A DNA stretch of 64,000 nt from Spirochaetia bacterium (lineage in GTDB: Bacteria > Spirochaetota > Spirochaetia > UBA9216), in NCBI GenBank assembly GCA_965140585.1, contig OZ223270.1, positions 96,001 through 160,000 of the forward strand, written 5' to 3'. Shown piece by piece: positions 1 through 9,588 of this stretch (its first letter is position 1; each line of letters begins with the position of its first letter). Below the pieces are notes generated by a model. That model was not told the origin of the DNA. It saw nothing but the letters and a program-made list of their open reading frames with translations, and did not search any database. The position numbers were made by a program, and so were the translations under genes.

Positions 1-476
1 ACGGTATATGAAGCATTCTGGTTATCAGTTTCATACAGGGAGCTCATGATATTGCCGCTTCTTGTCTCACCATTTGACTGAACGGTTGAATCACAAAACC
101 AGGTAAGCCAGTCGTCAGTATCAGTGGAACTTCCAATATCTGTATTCAATACAGCATCCCATCCGTAGTATGTGTCTCTGACATAATAGTTATTTGCAGC
201 AAGTGAATCACCCAGATTACCGTTACCTGTACCAAGCCAGTTATTACCGCAGGAGTGGTGAACAAATATCAGTTGTTCGATTGAATCCGGAGCGGTGATG
301 TTGATTACAGCTTCAGAATCAGGATTATCATTTGCCGGTTCAGAGTTATCATCGGGACTGTCTGAAATATCTTCTTCCCCGTCTGCTGAACCGGGTAATT
401 GAAAATTATCACAGGAATGGATAGCCATCCCAAAAACCAGAATAATAAAAATTGAAACCGATAATATTTTTTTCAT
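1..476 (-). CDS. Lipoprotein of unknown function, 3' end runs off the window
   Basis: Manual translation MKKILSVSIFIILVFGMAIHSC-DNFQLPG; acidic linker, then LIFVHHSCGNNWL; open to position 1 (not in the ORF track). Confidence 0.7.
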   Translation of the reverse strand, partial: MKKILSVSIFIILVFGMAIHSCDNFQLPGSADGEEDISDSPDDNSEPANDNPDSEAVINITAPDSIEQLIFVHHSCGNNWLGTGNGNLGDSLAANNYYVRDTYYGWDAVLNTDIGSSTDTDDWLTWFCDSTVQSNGETRSGNIMSSLYETDNQNASYT

Positions 477-516
477 ATCATGTAGAAGATACATCATCTA
501 CAGGTTTTTTCAGTTT

Positions 517-1173
517 TCAGAGCTTTATCTGTCCAATCACCCCGGCCAGGGCGGCCCCCAAAGCGGCATGACTCCCCTCAGTAAGATGAACCCCATCCAG
601 CCCGCTGACCTCCGCACAGACTGATGCGTCAAAAAAGCCGCATGATAAATCATCGGCTATCATCCGGTATTCCACAGACAGGCCTTTCGAAACCTCAGTC
701 GGATTATGTCCTAATATAGAAGCGAAACTCCTTATATCAAAGGGAGGATTGTCCGATTCCACCTCTTTTACAGGGGCAGGACTGACAATTAGCACAGCGG
801 GGGCTTCATCGTTTCTTCCGCAGCCTGAAGATTGTATGGTTTCTACAAGAAACCTTAAGCCCCAGCCGATTGCCATAGGAGTGTTTCCAAGGAAGTTTTT
901 TGAATCATTGGTTCCCAGCATCAGAACAAGCAGATCAATCGGCTTATGCGTAAGCAGTACCGGTATCAGATGCTCTATCCCTTTTCTATACGCGCTGAAC
1001 GGATCTTCCCAGACGGTTGTTCTGCCGTTTAAGCCCTCAGGTATTACAATGTACCCGGAACCAAGCTCCTTCTGTAGTACAGAAGTCCATCTTATTTCAT
1101 GGGGGTATCTTTCCCCGCTTTCGGGGTTATAACCCCAGGTATTTGAATCACCGAAACAAACAATATTCTTCAT
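517..1173 (-). CDS. SGNH/GDSL hydrolase (arylesterase-like)
   Basis: FGDSNTWG, EGLNGRTT, MLGTND, DGVH blocks. Confidence 0.92.
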   Translation of the reverse strand: MKNIVCFGDSNTWGYNPESGERYPHEIRWTSVLQKELGSGYIVIPEGLNGRTTVWEDPFSAYRKGIEHLIPVLLTHKPIDLLVLMLGTNDSKNFLGNTPMAIGWGLRFLVETIQSSGCGRNDEAPAVLIVSPAPVKEVESDNPPFDIRSFASILGHNPTEVSKGLSVEYRMIADDLSCGFFDASVCAEVSGLDGVHLTEGSHAALGAALAGVIGQIKL

Positions 1174-1246
1174 AGTTATATTCTAATACAATTTTTTCAG
1201 TCTATTGATAAATATAAATGTTTTTATTATAGTATTTTAGTAAACG

Positions 1247-1312
1247 ATGGACGATGACCCTTTACCGAGTAAAAACATTATAAAATCCAAACCGCAGCGG
1301 AGCGCCGGCTGA
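1247..1312 (+). CDS. Putative 21-aa leader peptide MDDDPLPSKNIIKSKPQRSAG
   Basis: Manual translation; stop is 1 nt before the CNNM start (TGA-G-ATG); acidic/Pro N-terminus. Confidence 0.4.
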   Translation: MDDDPLPSKNIIKSKPQRSAG

Positions 1313-1313
1313 G

Positions 1314-2546
1314 ATGACAGCTGATATTATATATCTGGTTCTCCTGCTCATGCTTTCAGGATGTTTTTCAGCAACAGAAACAGCCTTCACATCCTTGTCT
1401 CCGATACAGCTTCGTGTAATCAGCAAAACAAAGGGGCACAGGGGCAAACTGGTCCGGAAACTCGGAGAAAACCCCGATAAACTGCTTACAACAATACTTC
1501 TTGGAAACAACCTTGTAAATATTGCAGCTTCTGCCATAGCTACCCAGCTGACCATTGATCTATTCGGAAGCAAAATGGTGGGTATAATGACCGGAGTTCT
1601 AACCCTCGTTATCCTCATTTTTGCCGAGCTCACTCCGAAGCGGATAGCAATTGCCCTGAATGATAAAATCAGCCTCATCTCTGCCTGGCCGGTATATCTG
1701 CTTGCACAGGTCCTGACTCCGGTTATTTTTCTTATATCAGCCGCAAGTTCGCTCATCACAAGATTCTTCATCCATAAGCAGACACGAAGAATCTCCTTCG
1801 ATGCACTGCTCCACATGGTCCGCGCTGCCGAGGAAGAAGGCGTGGTTGAAAACTATGAGTCAGAGATGGTTAAAAGCGTTTTCAGACTGAATGATGTGAC
1901 AGTACAGGCCATCATGACCCATAGAACCAATGTTTTCAGTCTCGACTGCAGCAGAACAATTGAAGAGTCAATTGAAGAAATCAGCAGCCGGGGATTCTCA
2001 AGAATTCCTGTTTATGAAAAAGAACCTGAGAATGTAATCGGAATTGTGCTTTCAAATGATGTAAACGCTATGATGATCAAGGGAAACGGAAACCAGCGTT
2101 TGAAAGACATAATGCGTGAGCCTATTTTTATCCCTTCAAACCGAAGGCTTCATGAGCTTTTCAGGCTGTTTAAAAAAGAGACTCTCAATATATCCGTAGT
2201 TCTTGATGAATACGGCGGACTGGCCGGAATAGTAACACGAGAGGATATCATCGAGGAAATTCTCGGTGAGCTTTACGATGAAAACGAGGAACAGGGAATC
2301 GAAAAGATTGTAAAACTCGATGAGCATTCATGGCGGATTATGGGAGATACCTCCCTGCACCAGTTCAGCGATTCATTCGATGTCGATATCCCTGAAACCG
2401 ACTACGCGGAAACCGTAGCCGGCTATATCATTGAAAGGCTTGACCGCATCCCCGATATCGGGGACGAAATCAGCATAGGCGGTTACTCATTCACTATTGA
2501 AACAGTCGACAAGAACCGCATTTTAACTATCCTGCTTAAGAAATAA
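1314..2546 (+). CDS. CNNM/CorB (hemolysin-family) Mg2+/Co2+ transporter: DUF21 + CBS pair + CorC domain
   Basis: FSATETA, TILLGNNLVN, FAELTPK, FSRIPVY, VLDEYGGLAGIVTREDIIEEILGE. Confidence 0.92.
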   Translation: MTADIIYLVLLLMLSGCFSATETAFTSLSPIQLRVISKTKGHRGKLVRKLGENPDKLLTTILLGNNLVNIAASAIATQLTIDLFGSKMVGIMTGVLTLVILIFAELTPKRIAIALNDKISLISAWPVYLLAQVLTPVIFLISAASSLITRFFIHKQTRRISFDALLHMVRAAEEEGVVENYESEMVKSVFRLNDVTVQAIMTHRTNVFSLDCSRTIEESIEEISSRGFSRIPVYEKEPENVIGIVLSNDVNAMMIKGNGNQRLKDIMREPIFIPSNRRLHELFRLFKKETLNISVVLDEYGGLAGIVTREDIIEEILGELYDENEEQGIEKIVKLDEHSWRIMGDTSLHQFSDSFDVDIPETDYAETVAGYIIERLDRIPDIGDEISIGGYSFTIETVDKNRILTILLKK

Positions 2547-2559
2547 ACATACCGTCAGT

Positions 2560-3693
2560 TTAAACAGCAAGTTCTCCGTCTTTCAGTATCACTTCCTCAG
2601 TTCCATCGGGCATATAAGCGGTTACGGTGGGATCCTTAACAAGACAGTCACAGTGAATCAGAGCGTTGGCATCCTCGTCATAGTTTGAACCGATTGCTAT
2701 GTGGATTGTCCGGTAGGCCTTCTCATCACCCAGCATATTTCCGTCAATTCCGGCAGCAGGGTTCAGCCCGATTCCAAGCTCACCGAGGTTTCTGGCATTC
2801 TTTTTATAGCTTTCACCGGAACCCTTGGGCAGCTTGCCCGCTGCCTCAAACTCGAGGGCGTTATTCTCACCCAGAGTAATGGTTTCAAGAAGTGCCTCAG
2901 CCTCTTTGCCTCCGGTAACTGAGGCCACAAAGCCGTCGGCTATTTCAAGATAAACGGGATCAACAACAATCATATCTCCGTTGTAGACCGAGATACTGCC
3001 GTCAAAAACAAGCTTTCCGCTTGCCGTATTAAGTTCAGGTGAGATAAATGTTTCTCCTGCCGGAAGATTTCCACCTTCGCCTGGGATTGAAAAATCACCG
3101 TTATCAAGCTTTGCTTCCCGGCCCTTAAGCCCAAGCCATAAGTCAGTTCCGCCGGGGCTTTTAATGTGAACCTTATCAGCCTTATCAAGGACAGTCTTCA
3201 CTGCATCGCATTCACGCCTCATCCTCTCATAATCAACAGGAACAGTCTTTACAAAAAGCTCCCTGCTGACACCCGGCGACCAGAAAGCCCTGCACTTGCC
3301 GATTCCCATAATATAGTGAAAAGTGCTGTTGTACGAAGTTCCGTCGGCAGCAACCAGCGGATTGGCTGAAGCTTTGTAGTCTTTACCGATTTTATCGGCA
3401 CTCATCGAGATAACAACATCAGGTTCCGACTCAAGAGCTCCGATTACAGCTTTTTCTGCAAAGGAAAGCTGATTCTTAACTTCCTGAAACATCAGCACAG
3501 GCTTTCCATCAACAGCCAGAGCGGCATCGTACAAGGCATATGAGATTTCAGCTACATCAGCAACAGGATTGGTAACAATCAGAACTGTTTCATCAGCCTT
3601 TACCTTCAAAACATCCCTGATTGCAATCTCTGCGGCTTTATAAAGTTCGGGATCCTTATCCCTCATATCGTAAAAAAATTGTGTGTCTTTCAT
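2560..3693 (-). CDS. Peptidase M29-family aminopeptidase
   Basis: GNLPAGETFISP, GELGIGLN, DEK..TIHIAIG, HCD motifs. Confidence 0.85.
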   Translation of the reverse strand: MKDTQFFYDMRDKDPELYKAAEIAIRDVLKVKADETVLIVTNPVADVAEISYALYDAALAVDGKPVLMFQEVKNQLSFAEKAVIGALESEPDVVISMSADKIGKDYKASANPLVAADGTSYNSTFHYIMGIGKCRAFWSPGVSRELFVKTVPVDYERMRRECDAVKTVLDKADKVHIKSPGGTDLWLGLKGREAKLDNGDFSIPGEGGNLPAGETFISPELNTASGKLVFDGSISVYNGDMIVVDPVYLEIADGFVASVTGGKEAEALLETITLGENNALEFEAAGKLPKGSGESYKKNARNLGELGIGLNPAAGIDGNMLGDEKAYRTIHIAIGSNYDEDANALIHCDCLVKDPTVTAYMPDGTEEVILKDGELAV

Positions 3694-3732
3694 GGCATAA
3701 GTATATTATCATATCGAACGAAATCCTATAGG

Positions 3733-3862
3733 GACAAAAGTAATAACCCTAAATTAGGGCTATCACTTTTGTCTTAGAGTTACTATATTTCCAATATTTG
3801 GAAATATAGTAACATCCTTAAATCTAAGGTAAACAACTAAAAACTGCAGTTTTTAGTTGTTT
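3733..3862. repeat. Array of four adjacent unrelated palindromes in a divergent intergenic region
   Basis: IRs at 3733-3773 (imperfect), 3779-3813 (perfect 16-bp arms), 3816-3829, 3831-3862 (perfect 32-bp palindrome). Confidence 0.85.
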
Positions 3863-3895
3863 GTAATAGCAAAAACGGGGCTAATACGCTAATAT

Positions 3896-4636
3896 TTGCG
3901 CATGAGAGACTTAATTCATACCATTCTGTTCGGGATAGCATTTCTCATTTTCATGATATTCTCGCTTATCCTGTTCATCCCTTTTCTCATTCTCAAAATA
4001 CTGAGACTGGAAAAAGCGATAAACGCCTATGCGCTGTTTGCTACGACAAGCTGGGGAAGGTATTCTTTTTTTATGGCCGGCTGCAAAGTGCATGTCAGCG
4101 GACTTGAAAATCTGCCCGATCACAGGAAGCTGATTTTTATCGGCAACCACCAGGGATTTGCAGACATCCCCTTCCTGATGTCCACCCTGCCCGTTCCTAT
4201 CGGATTTATTGCAAAAAAGCAGATTGGAAGATGGCCTGTTATCGGTCCATGGGCAAAGGCACTGCACTGCATCTTTATCGATCGGCACAACTTCAGAGCC
4301 GCAATGCGTGATATTGAAAAGGGTATCCAGGAAGCCGAACACGGCTACCCCAAGGTAATTTTCCCCGAAGGAACCCGGAGCCGCAGCAGCAAAATGGCAT
4401 CATTCAAACCCGGAAGCATACTGATGGCAGCAAAGGCCGGATTGACCATAGTGCCGGTGACCATTAACGGAACCTACAAAGCATTTGAACAGAAAGGAAG
4501 AGTTGTCCCGAGCGATCTCTACCTCACAATACACAAACCCGTCGAGACAGCATCGATGTCAGAAGACGAAAAAAAAGAACTCAGCACAAGCCTCTGGAAC
4601 ACGATAGCCGGGGCACTGCCTGAAAAAGGAGCTTAA
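3896..4636 (+). CDS. plsC: 1-acyl-sn-glycerol-3-phosphate acyltransferase (ATG at 3902 may be the true start)
   Basis: NHQGFAD, FIAKK, FIDR, FPEGTRS. Confidence 0.9.
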   Translation: MRMRDLIHTILFGIAFLIFMIFSLILFIPFLILKILRLEKAINAYALFATTSWGRYSFFMAGCKVHVSGLENLPDHRKLIFIGNHQGFADIPFLMSTLPVPIGFIAKKQIGRWPVIGPWAKALHCIFIDRHNFRAAMRDIEKGIQEAEHGYPKVIFPEGTRSRSSKMASFKPGSILMAAKAGLTIVPVTINGTYKAFEQKGRVVPSDLYLTIHKPVETASMSEDEKKELSTSLWNTIAGALPEKGA

Positions 4637-4637
4637 C

Positions 4638-5249
4638 TTGAATCTTGTATGCCTAGACCTTGAAGGTGTCCTCGTACCTGAAATCTGGATAAATTTTGCG
4701 ATAGATACCGGAATTGACGAACTGAAAATGACAACCAGGGATGAACCTGACTATGATGTTCTGATGAAAAAAAGACTGAACATCCTTGATGAACACAAAC
4801 TGAAACTGACTGACATCCAGAGAGTTATAGGAGGGATGGATCCCCTTCCCGGCGCAAAGGACTTTCTTGATGAACTTAGAGCCAAGACTCAGGTTGTAAT
4901 TCTATCTGATACCTTTGAACAGTTTGCTCAGCCGCTCATGAAAAAGCTCGGATGGCCGACAATTTTCTGTAATTCACTCATTGTTGATGCTGATGGAAGG
5001 ATTTCAGACTATACACTCAGGCAGAAAGACGGAAAGCGAAAAGCTGTTGAAGGATTTCATTCAATGGGAATGAAAGTTATTGCATCAGGCGATTCATACA
5101 ACGATCTTTCAATGATAAAAAAAGCGGACGCAGGTGTGCTTTTCTGTCCGCCCGAGAGCATAATCAAGGAAAATCCTGAAGTCCCTGTCGCAACAGACTA
5201 CAAACATCTGATGACTGAAATTGATAAAGCCCTGGCGGAAATTAAATGA
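4638..5249 (+). CDS. thrH: Phosphoserine phosphatase/homoserine phosphotransferase
   Basis: [28 protein letters not shown]. Confidence 0.95.
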   Translation: MNLVCLDLEGVLVPEIWINFAIDTGIDELKMTTRDEPDYDVLMKKRLNILDEHKLKLTDIQRVIGGMDPLPGAKDFLDELRAKTQVVILSDTFEQFAQPLMKKLGWPTIFCNSLIVDADGRISDYTLRQKDGKRKAVEGFHSMGMKVIASGDSYNDLSMIKKADAGVLFCPPESIIKENPEVPVATDYKHLMTEIDKALAEIK

Positions 5250-5809
5250 ATAAAGAAAGAGTAGAACAGCTTATACGTGAGCTGATCATTGAAATAGGAG
5301 AGGATCCGGAACGCGAGGGACTGATAAAAACTCCCGAACGTGCCGCCCGCTCCTGGGAATTCCTGACAAAGGGATACCGCGACGACCTGAACAAGGTTAT
5401 CAACAACGCAATCTTTGAATCAACATCAAACAATATGGTAATTGTGCGCGATATAGAGGTCTACAGTCTCTGTGAACACCATATGCTGCCCTTCTTCGGC
5501 AAGTGTCACATCGGCTACGTAGCAGACAGCGTTGTAATCGGTGTAAGCAAGCTGGCAAGGATAGTAGATCATTTTGCCCGAAGACTGCAGATTCAGGAAA
5601 ACCTGACCGAACAGATTGCGGAAGCCGTTATGGAGGCTGTATCACCCGAGGGCGTCGGCGTCGTTATGGAATGCCAGCACATGTGTATGATGATGCGCGG
5701 AGTCGAAAAACAGAACTCGGTTATGACCACATCATCAGTACTCGGCTCATTCCGCAAGAGTGAGGCTACAAGGGCGGAGTTTCTTAACCTGATACCTGTA
5801 AGAAAATGA
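5246..5809 (+). CDS. folE: GTP cyclohydrolase I
   Basis: [32 protein letters not shown]. Confidence 0.97.
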   Translation: MNKERVEQLIRELIIEIGEDPEREGLIKTPERAARSWEFLTKGYRDDLNKVINNAIFESTSNNMVIVRDIEVYSLCEHHMLPFFGKCHIGYVADSVVIGVSKLARIVDHFARRLQIQENLTEQIAEAVMEAVSPEGVGVVMECQHMCMMMRGVEKQNSVMTTSSVLGSFRKSEATRAEFLNLIPVRK

Positions 5810-5812
5810 AAT

Positions 5813-5847
5813 AACATGTAAAAGCCGGTTTGCAGCTTTTACATGTT
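5813..5847 (+). terminator. Hairpin after folE, probable terminator
   Basis: AACATGTAAAAGC-N9-GCTTTTACATGTT right after the stop. Confidence 0.55.
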
Positions 5848-5972
5848 GATTTTTAAGTGATTTTTATTATCAAAATCTGATTCTCTTTGGACTCCATCCA
5901 TAAAATTACTTCACCACACACAATACAAATAAAAAGCTACTGAGCTTTTTATTTTATCCGAAATTAATATAG

Positions 5973-6614
5973 ATGAATCTTTTTAAATCTATAGTAAAAA
6001 CCGAGTATCTGATAATCATCGTCCTCCCGTTTTTATTTCTAGCATGCATGACAACAAAATCACCTGTGCTGGAAGGAAGCTCTGCCCCCTATTATGATGA
6101 TCTTTTTGAGGCGATCAGGCCGGTATTCAGCATTCCAGAGGAAGATATAGCTGCCGGTAACGGAATTGAGGCTGTCTGGGTCAATAAAACAAGAGAAGAC
6201 GAATTCTTTGTTTTCGAGGTAACGGTAGTCTTCAGCGATGAAGATCATCCTTCCAGCCTGACCGACGAGTTTTATGATTTTTACCGAAGCATCAAATATC
6301 ACAGGATTCATGACGTTGAAACATTCAGGATGTATTTTGATATCAACAACATCGTACTGTCTGAAATTGATTTTACAGATGTTTACAGCGGCGGACAGAC
6401 ATTTAAACAGAAAAAGGTGCAGCACTTCTCAGAGACAGTGCCGGCAGCAGCTTTTGAATATACAAACACAGGGGCGCACCCGGTAATATACATCAACACA
6501 TGGAACCACATGTTTGGTGAAAAGCGGAACAACCCGGAACTCAAAGAAAGGCTCATTGCTGATTACCTGCTGCTGTCCGGAACACGTGCTGAAGTCGAAC
6601 AGCTTTTCAGGTAA
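5973..6614 (+). CDS. Hypothetical lipoprotein
   Basis: Hydrophobic N-terminus with LFLA-C lipobox; 213-aa ORF. Confidence 0.65.
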   Translation: MNLFKSIVKTEYLIIIVLPFLFLACMTTKSPVLEGSSAPYYDDLFEAIRPVFSIPEEDIAAGNGIEAVWVNKTREDEFFVFEVTVVFSDEDHPSSLTDEFYDFYRSIKYHRIHDVETFRMYFDINNIVLSEIDFTDVYSGGQTFKQKKVQHFSETVPAAAFEYTNTGAHPVIYINTWNHMFGEKRNNPELKERLIADYLLLSGTRAEVEQLFR

Positions 6615-6619
6615 AGCTC

Positions 6620-7261
6620 TTGGCTAAGATTTACGTCCTGCACCAGACTAACCCCATCCCAGATGACGAATATAACAGGCTCTTAAAGCTTCTTCCGAAA
6701 GAGAAACAGAAGGATATAGGCAAAAAAATCTTCCGCAAGGACCGGGAAATAATCCTTTTAGCGCACTCGCTATTAAGAAAAGTACTTTTTGAAGAATACA
6801 ATCTAAAAGAGTCTGAATACCGCTTTGATACCGGGAAATATGGGAAGCCCTATCTTACTAAAAGGCCTGACATTCATTTCAACATCTCACATACCCACAA
6901 ATGGGCTGCTGTAGCGCTTTCCGATCATGAAATAGGCGTAGATATTGAAAATCACAGGGAAATCGATCCTGAAAGCCTGTCATCGTATTTTCATCCTGAT
7001 GAGAACGCATATATCAGAAGCTTTTCGAAAGACATGCGGATTGATGCATTTTTTAGAATATGGACAATGAAGGAGAGCTATATTAAGGCAATTGGGCTGG
7101 GTCTGCAGCAGCCTCTGGCAGAGTTCAGTACCATTCCAATTGACAGCATTAATGGGTGGAAGTTCAGTCTGTATTCGGTGAACGGTGGGACCAAGCTGGC
7201 GGTGTGCCAGGATGCGAAGGAAGATTCCGGGCTATCTATAGAATTTATTCCACAATATTAA
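6620..7261 (+). CDS. Sfp-type 4'-phosphopantetheinyl transferase
   Basis: YGKP, FNISH, IGVDIE, WTMKESYIKAIG. Confidence 0.93.
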   Translation: MAKIYVLHQTNPIPDDEYNRLLKLLPKEKQKDIGKKIFRKDREIILLAHSLLRKVLFEEYNLKESEYRFDTGKYGKPYLTKRPDIHFNISHTHKWAAVALSDHEIGVDIENHREIDPESLSSYFHPDENAYIRSFSKDMRIDAFFRIWTMKESYIKAIGLGLQQPLAEFSTIPIDSINGWKFSLYSVNGGTKLAVCQDAKEDSGLSIEFIPQY

Positions 7262-8568
7262 CTGAATTTTTCAACATCGTAGCGACCGACAAAGATAGGA
7301 ATCTGCCCATCGCCTTTTCCAGCTCTTTCAATTAGATCACCTTTGTAAGTTTTATCGTTAAATCCCATCTTATGACAAAGACCGAGTATACCCATATTTT
7401 CACGGCTGCCTACCTGAGCCCTGAGCTTAACCTTGGGAATAAAACTCAGAATTGTCTCATCAACAAGAAATGAGTTAAGCAGCTTCTTGGGATCTTCTGT
7501 TGTAAGTATATCCTCAGGGACAGAATTATACAGATCATAAACCGCAGCATAAGGCTGAATGCATTTCAGGCCATAATAACGAAAAGGAGAAAGCTCCCTG
7601 TCAGATGTATCAAGGCCTCCAATAAGGTAGCTCTGGAGCTCTTTCTTGCCTATTCTAGGGAGTTTATAGTATTCAACGCCATCAATCACTTCTCCGGCAT
7701 AATCACAGGTGAACTCATTCATTAAATCACCTGTCAGGATAATCATTTTATTCTTATCTATCTCAGCAACACCATCAACATATTCTCTAATGTTTTTTGC
7801 AAGCAGAATATTTAAGGCTGCACAATGAACATTAAAATCCCTAAAATCCTGACACATCCATGGAGCATCTTTCAAAGATTCAAGTATCTGAGCCTCGCTT
7901 GTTTTGAAAGTCATATGCTTTATTCCAATATGCGATGCAATCTTAATAGATTTTTCCGAATCTTCGGATTTTCCCAGATCCAGAGTACATGCTATTGGAT
8001 TTGAAAGGTATTTTGATGCACTGGATGCAATAATGGTACTGTCCAAACCTCCGGAGAGAGCAACAAAGACAGTCCACCCTGTATCTTCAAGAGATTTAAT
8101 AGTCGTAAAAACAGATTCCAGTCTTTTAGTAAAAACAGTTTTAAAAGCATCAATGTTAAAATCAGAGTAATCCGCTTCAGGAATGTTAAGTGAATGAACT
8201 GTTTCCCGCAGACCGCCCTTTCCTATTCTGACAAGTTTACCAGCCGGAACCGAAAAGATTGGCGTTTTATGAATAAATAAATCTGTAAATTCTGAAGCAA
8301 AAATAATTTCACCTGATTCTGTCTCGGTATAAAACAGCTTGTTTATTCCAAGCGGATCACGCACAGCTTCAAAGATATTGCCGACAGTTTTAGAATATGC
8401 AGAAAACTGCCCAAGATGATTACCTGATTTATAGAAATCAATATTATCGAAATTGATCTGATCAAAAATAAGCGAATACTGCGAATTATCATCAATCCGA
8501 TTTTTTAAGTCAGGGGCGGATACTGTTTTATTCATAACAGAACTATAACATAACATTATTGATTTCAA
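7258..8568 (-). CDS. Asparagine synthase-related ATP-dependent ligase lacking the N-terminal Cys glutaminase nucleophile
   Basis: RDPLGINKLFY, ALSGGLDST PP-loop, LTGDLMNE; no N-terminal CG motif. Confidence 0.75.
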   Translation of the reverse strand: MKSIMLCYSSVMNKTVSAPDLKNRIDDNSQYSLIFDQINFDNIDFYKSGNHLGQFSAYSKTVGNIFEAVRDPLGINKLFYTETESGEIIFASEFTDLFIHKTPIFSVPAGKLVRIGKGGLRETVHSLNIPEADYSDFNIDAFKTVFTKRLESVFTTIKSLEDTGWTVFVALSGGLDSTIIASSASKYLSNPIACTLDLGKSEDSEKSIKIASHIGIKHMTFKTSEAQILESLKDAPWMCQDFRDFNVHCAALNILLAKNIREYVDGVAEIDKNKMIILTGDLMNEFTCDYAGEVIDGVEYYKLPRIGKKELQSYLIGGLDTSDRELSPFRYYGLKCIQPYAAVYDLYNSVPEDILTTEDPKKLLNSFLVDETILSFIPKVKLRAQVGSRENMGILGLCHKMGFNDKTYKGDLIERAGKGDGQIPIFVGRYDVEKFS

Positions 8569-8581
8569 CTACTGTCAGCAG

Positions 8582-8611
8582 AAAAAAAAGCCCGCTCGAC
8601 TGAGCAGGCCT
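8582..8611 (-). terminator. Rho-independent terminator of pstS
   Basis: Minus strand AGGCCTGCTC-AGTC-GAGCGGGC followed by a T-run. Confidence 0.75.
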
Positions 8612-8636
8612 ATATCGATTCGAATTATCTTCAAAA

Positions 8637-9488
8637 TTATGGAAGGGCGATGAATCCCTCATCTTCAACGATAGTCTGACCTTCGTCACCAAGAAGGAAG
8701 GCTATAAAATCTTTTGCAAAACCTTCTGCTGCACCCATCGTCACAACATTGAGCTTTCTAGAAACTGGATAAGAACCGTCAAGTACGTTGTCTACAGAAG
8801 CTTCAACACCGTCTACGAGGATTGTTTTTGCGCCTGAACTGATTGCTTTATCAACATAACCGAATCCGCAGAAACCGATTGAGTCGGGAGTTGAGCCAAC
8901 CTTGGTTACCATATCGCCGTTTGACTCAACTGTGATAGCATCCTTGAGAAATTCTGCTTCCTTTCCAATTTCTTTTTCGATAGTAAGCTCGAAGAAAGCA
9001 ACTCTGGTTCCTGAAGCTTCGTCTCTGTTTATTACAACGATTGGTTTATCTGCTCCGCCAACCTCTTTCCAGTTTGTTATAGCTCCGGTGTAGATACCTG
9101 CGATGTCAGCTCTCGAAAGGCTGTCGATAATTACATTGTTGTTAGCCACAACTGCAATACCGTCGAGTGCGATTGGTGTTGCAACTGCACCTGCATCTGA
9201 TTCTTTTGATTTAAGCTCCCTGGACGCACCGCCAAGAACGTATACACCGTCAAGAACGCCCTGAACACCAACCGATGAACCCTGTGCTTCGTATGAAAGT
9301 CTTACATCGCTGTGGATAGCCTCATAAGCCTCTATTGCGCTTCTTACGATGGGTTCAACAGTTGTAGAACCACCCATTGAATAACTTACGGGATCTGAGC
9401 TTTCCTGTGCTCCGCCTGCGAACGCTAAACCTGCAGCTAAAAAAGAGGCTGCGAGTAAAAGAAGTACTAATCTATTTATCTTCTTCAT
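8637..9488 (-). CDS. pstS: Phosphate ABC transporter substrate-binding protein
   Basis: GSTTVEP, QGSSVG, GGASRELK, IALDGIAVV, RDEASGTR; start moved to MKKINRL after the AGGAG RBS (ORF track starts at 9530). Confidence 0.9.
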   Translation of the reverse strand: MKKINRLVLLLLAASFLAAGLAFAGGAQESSDPVSYSMGGSTTVEPIVRSAIEAYEAIHSDVRLSYEAQGSSVGVQGVLDGVYVLGGASRELKSKESDAGAVATPIALDGIAVVANNNVIIDSLSRADIAGIYTGAITNWKEVGGADKPIVVINRDEASGTRVAFFELTIEKEIGKEAEFLKDAITVESNGDMVTKVGSTPDSIGFCGFGYVDKAISSGAKTILVDGVEASVDNVLDGSYPVSRKLNVVTMGAAEGFAKDFIAFLLGDEGQTIVEDEGFIALP

Positions 9489-9537
9489 TTTTCTCTCCTT
9501 TTGGATTATTATTACTGAGTGTATATTCATATCTAAC

Positions 9538-9576
9538 TGTGACCCGTTTGTTAAAATAAAGTTAGAATAGTGTTAA
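9538..9576 (-). promoter_or_regulatory. Pho-box-like array upstream of pstS
   Basis: Minus-strand hexamers TTAACA, CTAACT, TTAACA, GTCACA at exact 11-bp spacing (9571, 9560, 9549, 9538). Confidence 0.65.
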
Positions 9577-9588
9577 AAACAGAGGTAT

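Noticed and set aside
3733-3862. CRISPR array
   Set aside because: The palindromes differ from one another; no repeat-spacer periodicity and no cas genes
7258-8568. Lasso peptide cyclase cluster
   Set aside because: No B1/B2 (PqqD, transglutaminase-like) genes or plausible precursor ORF nearby
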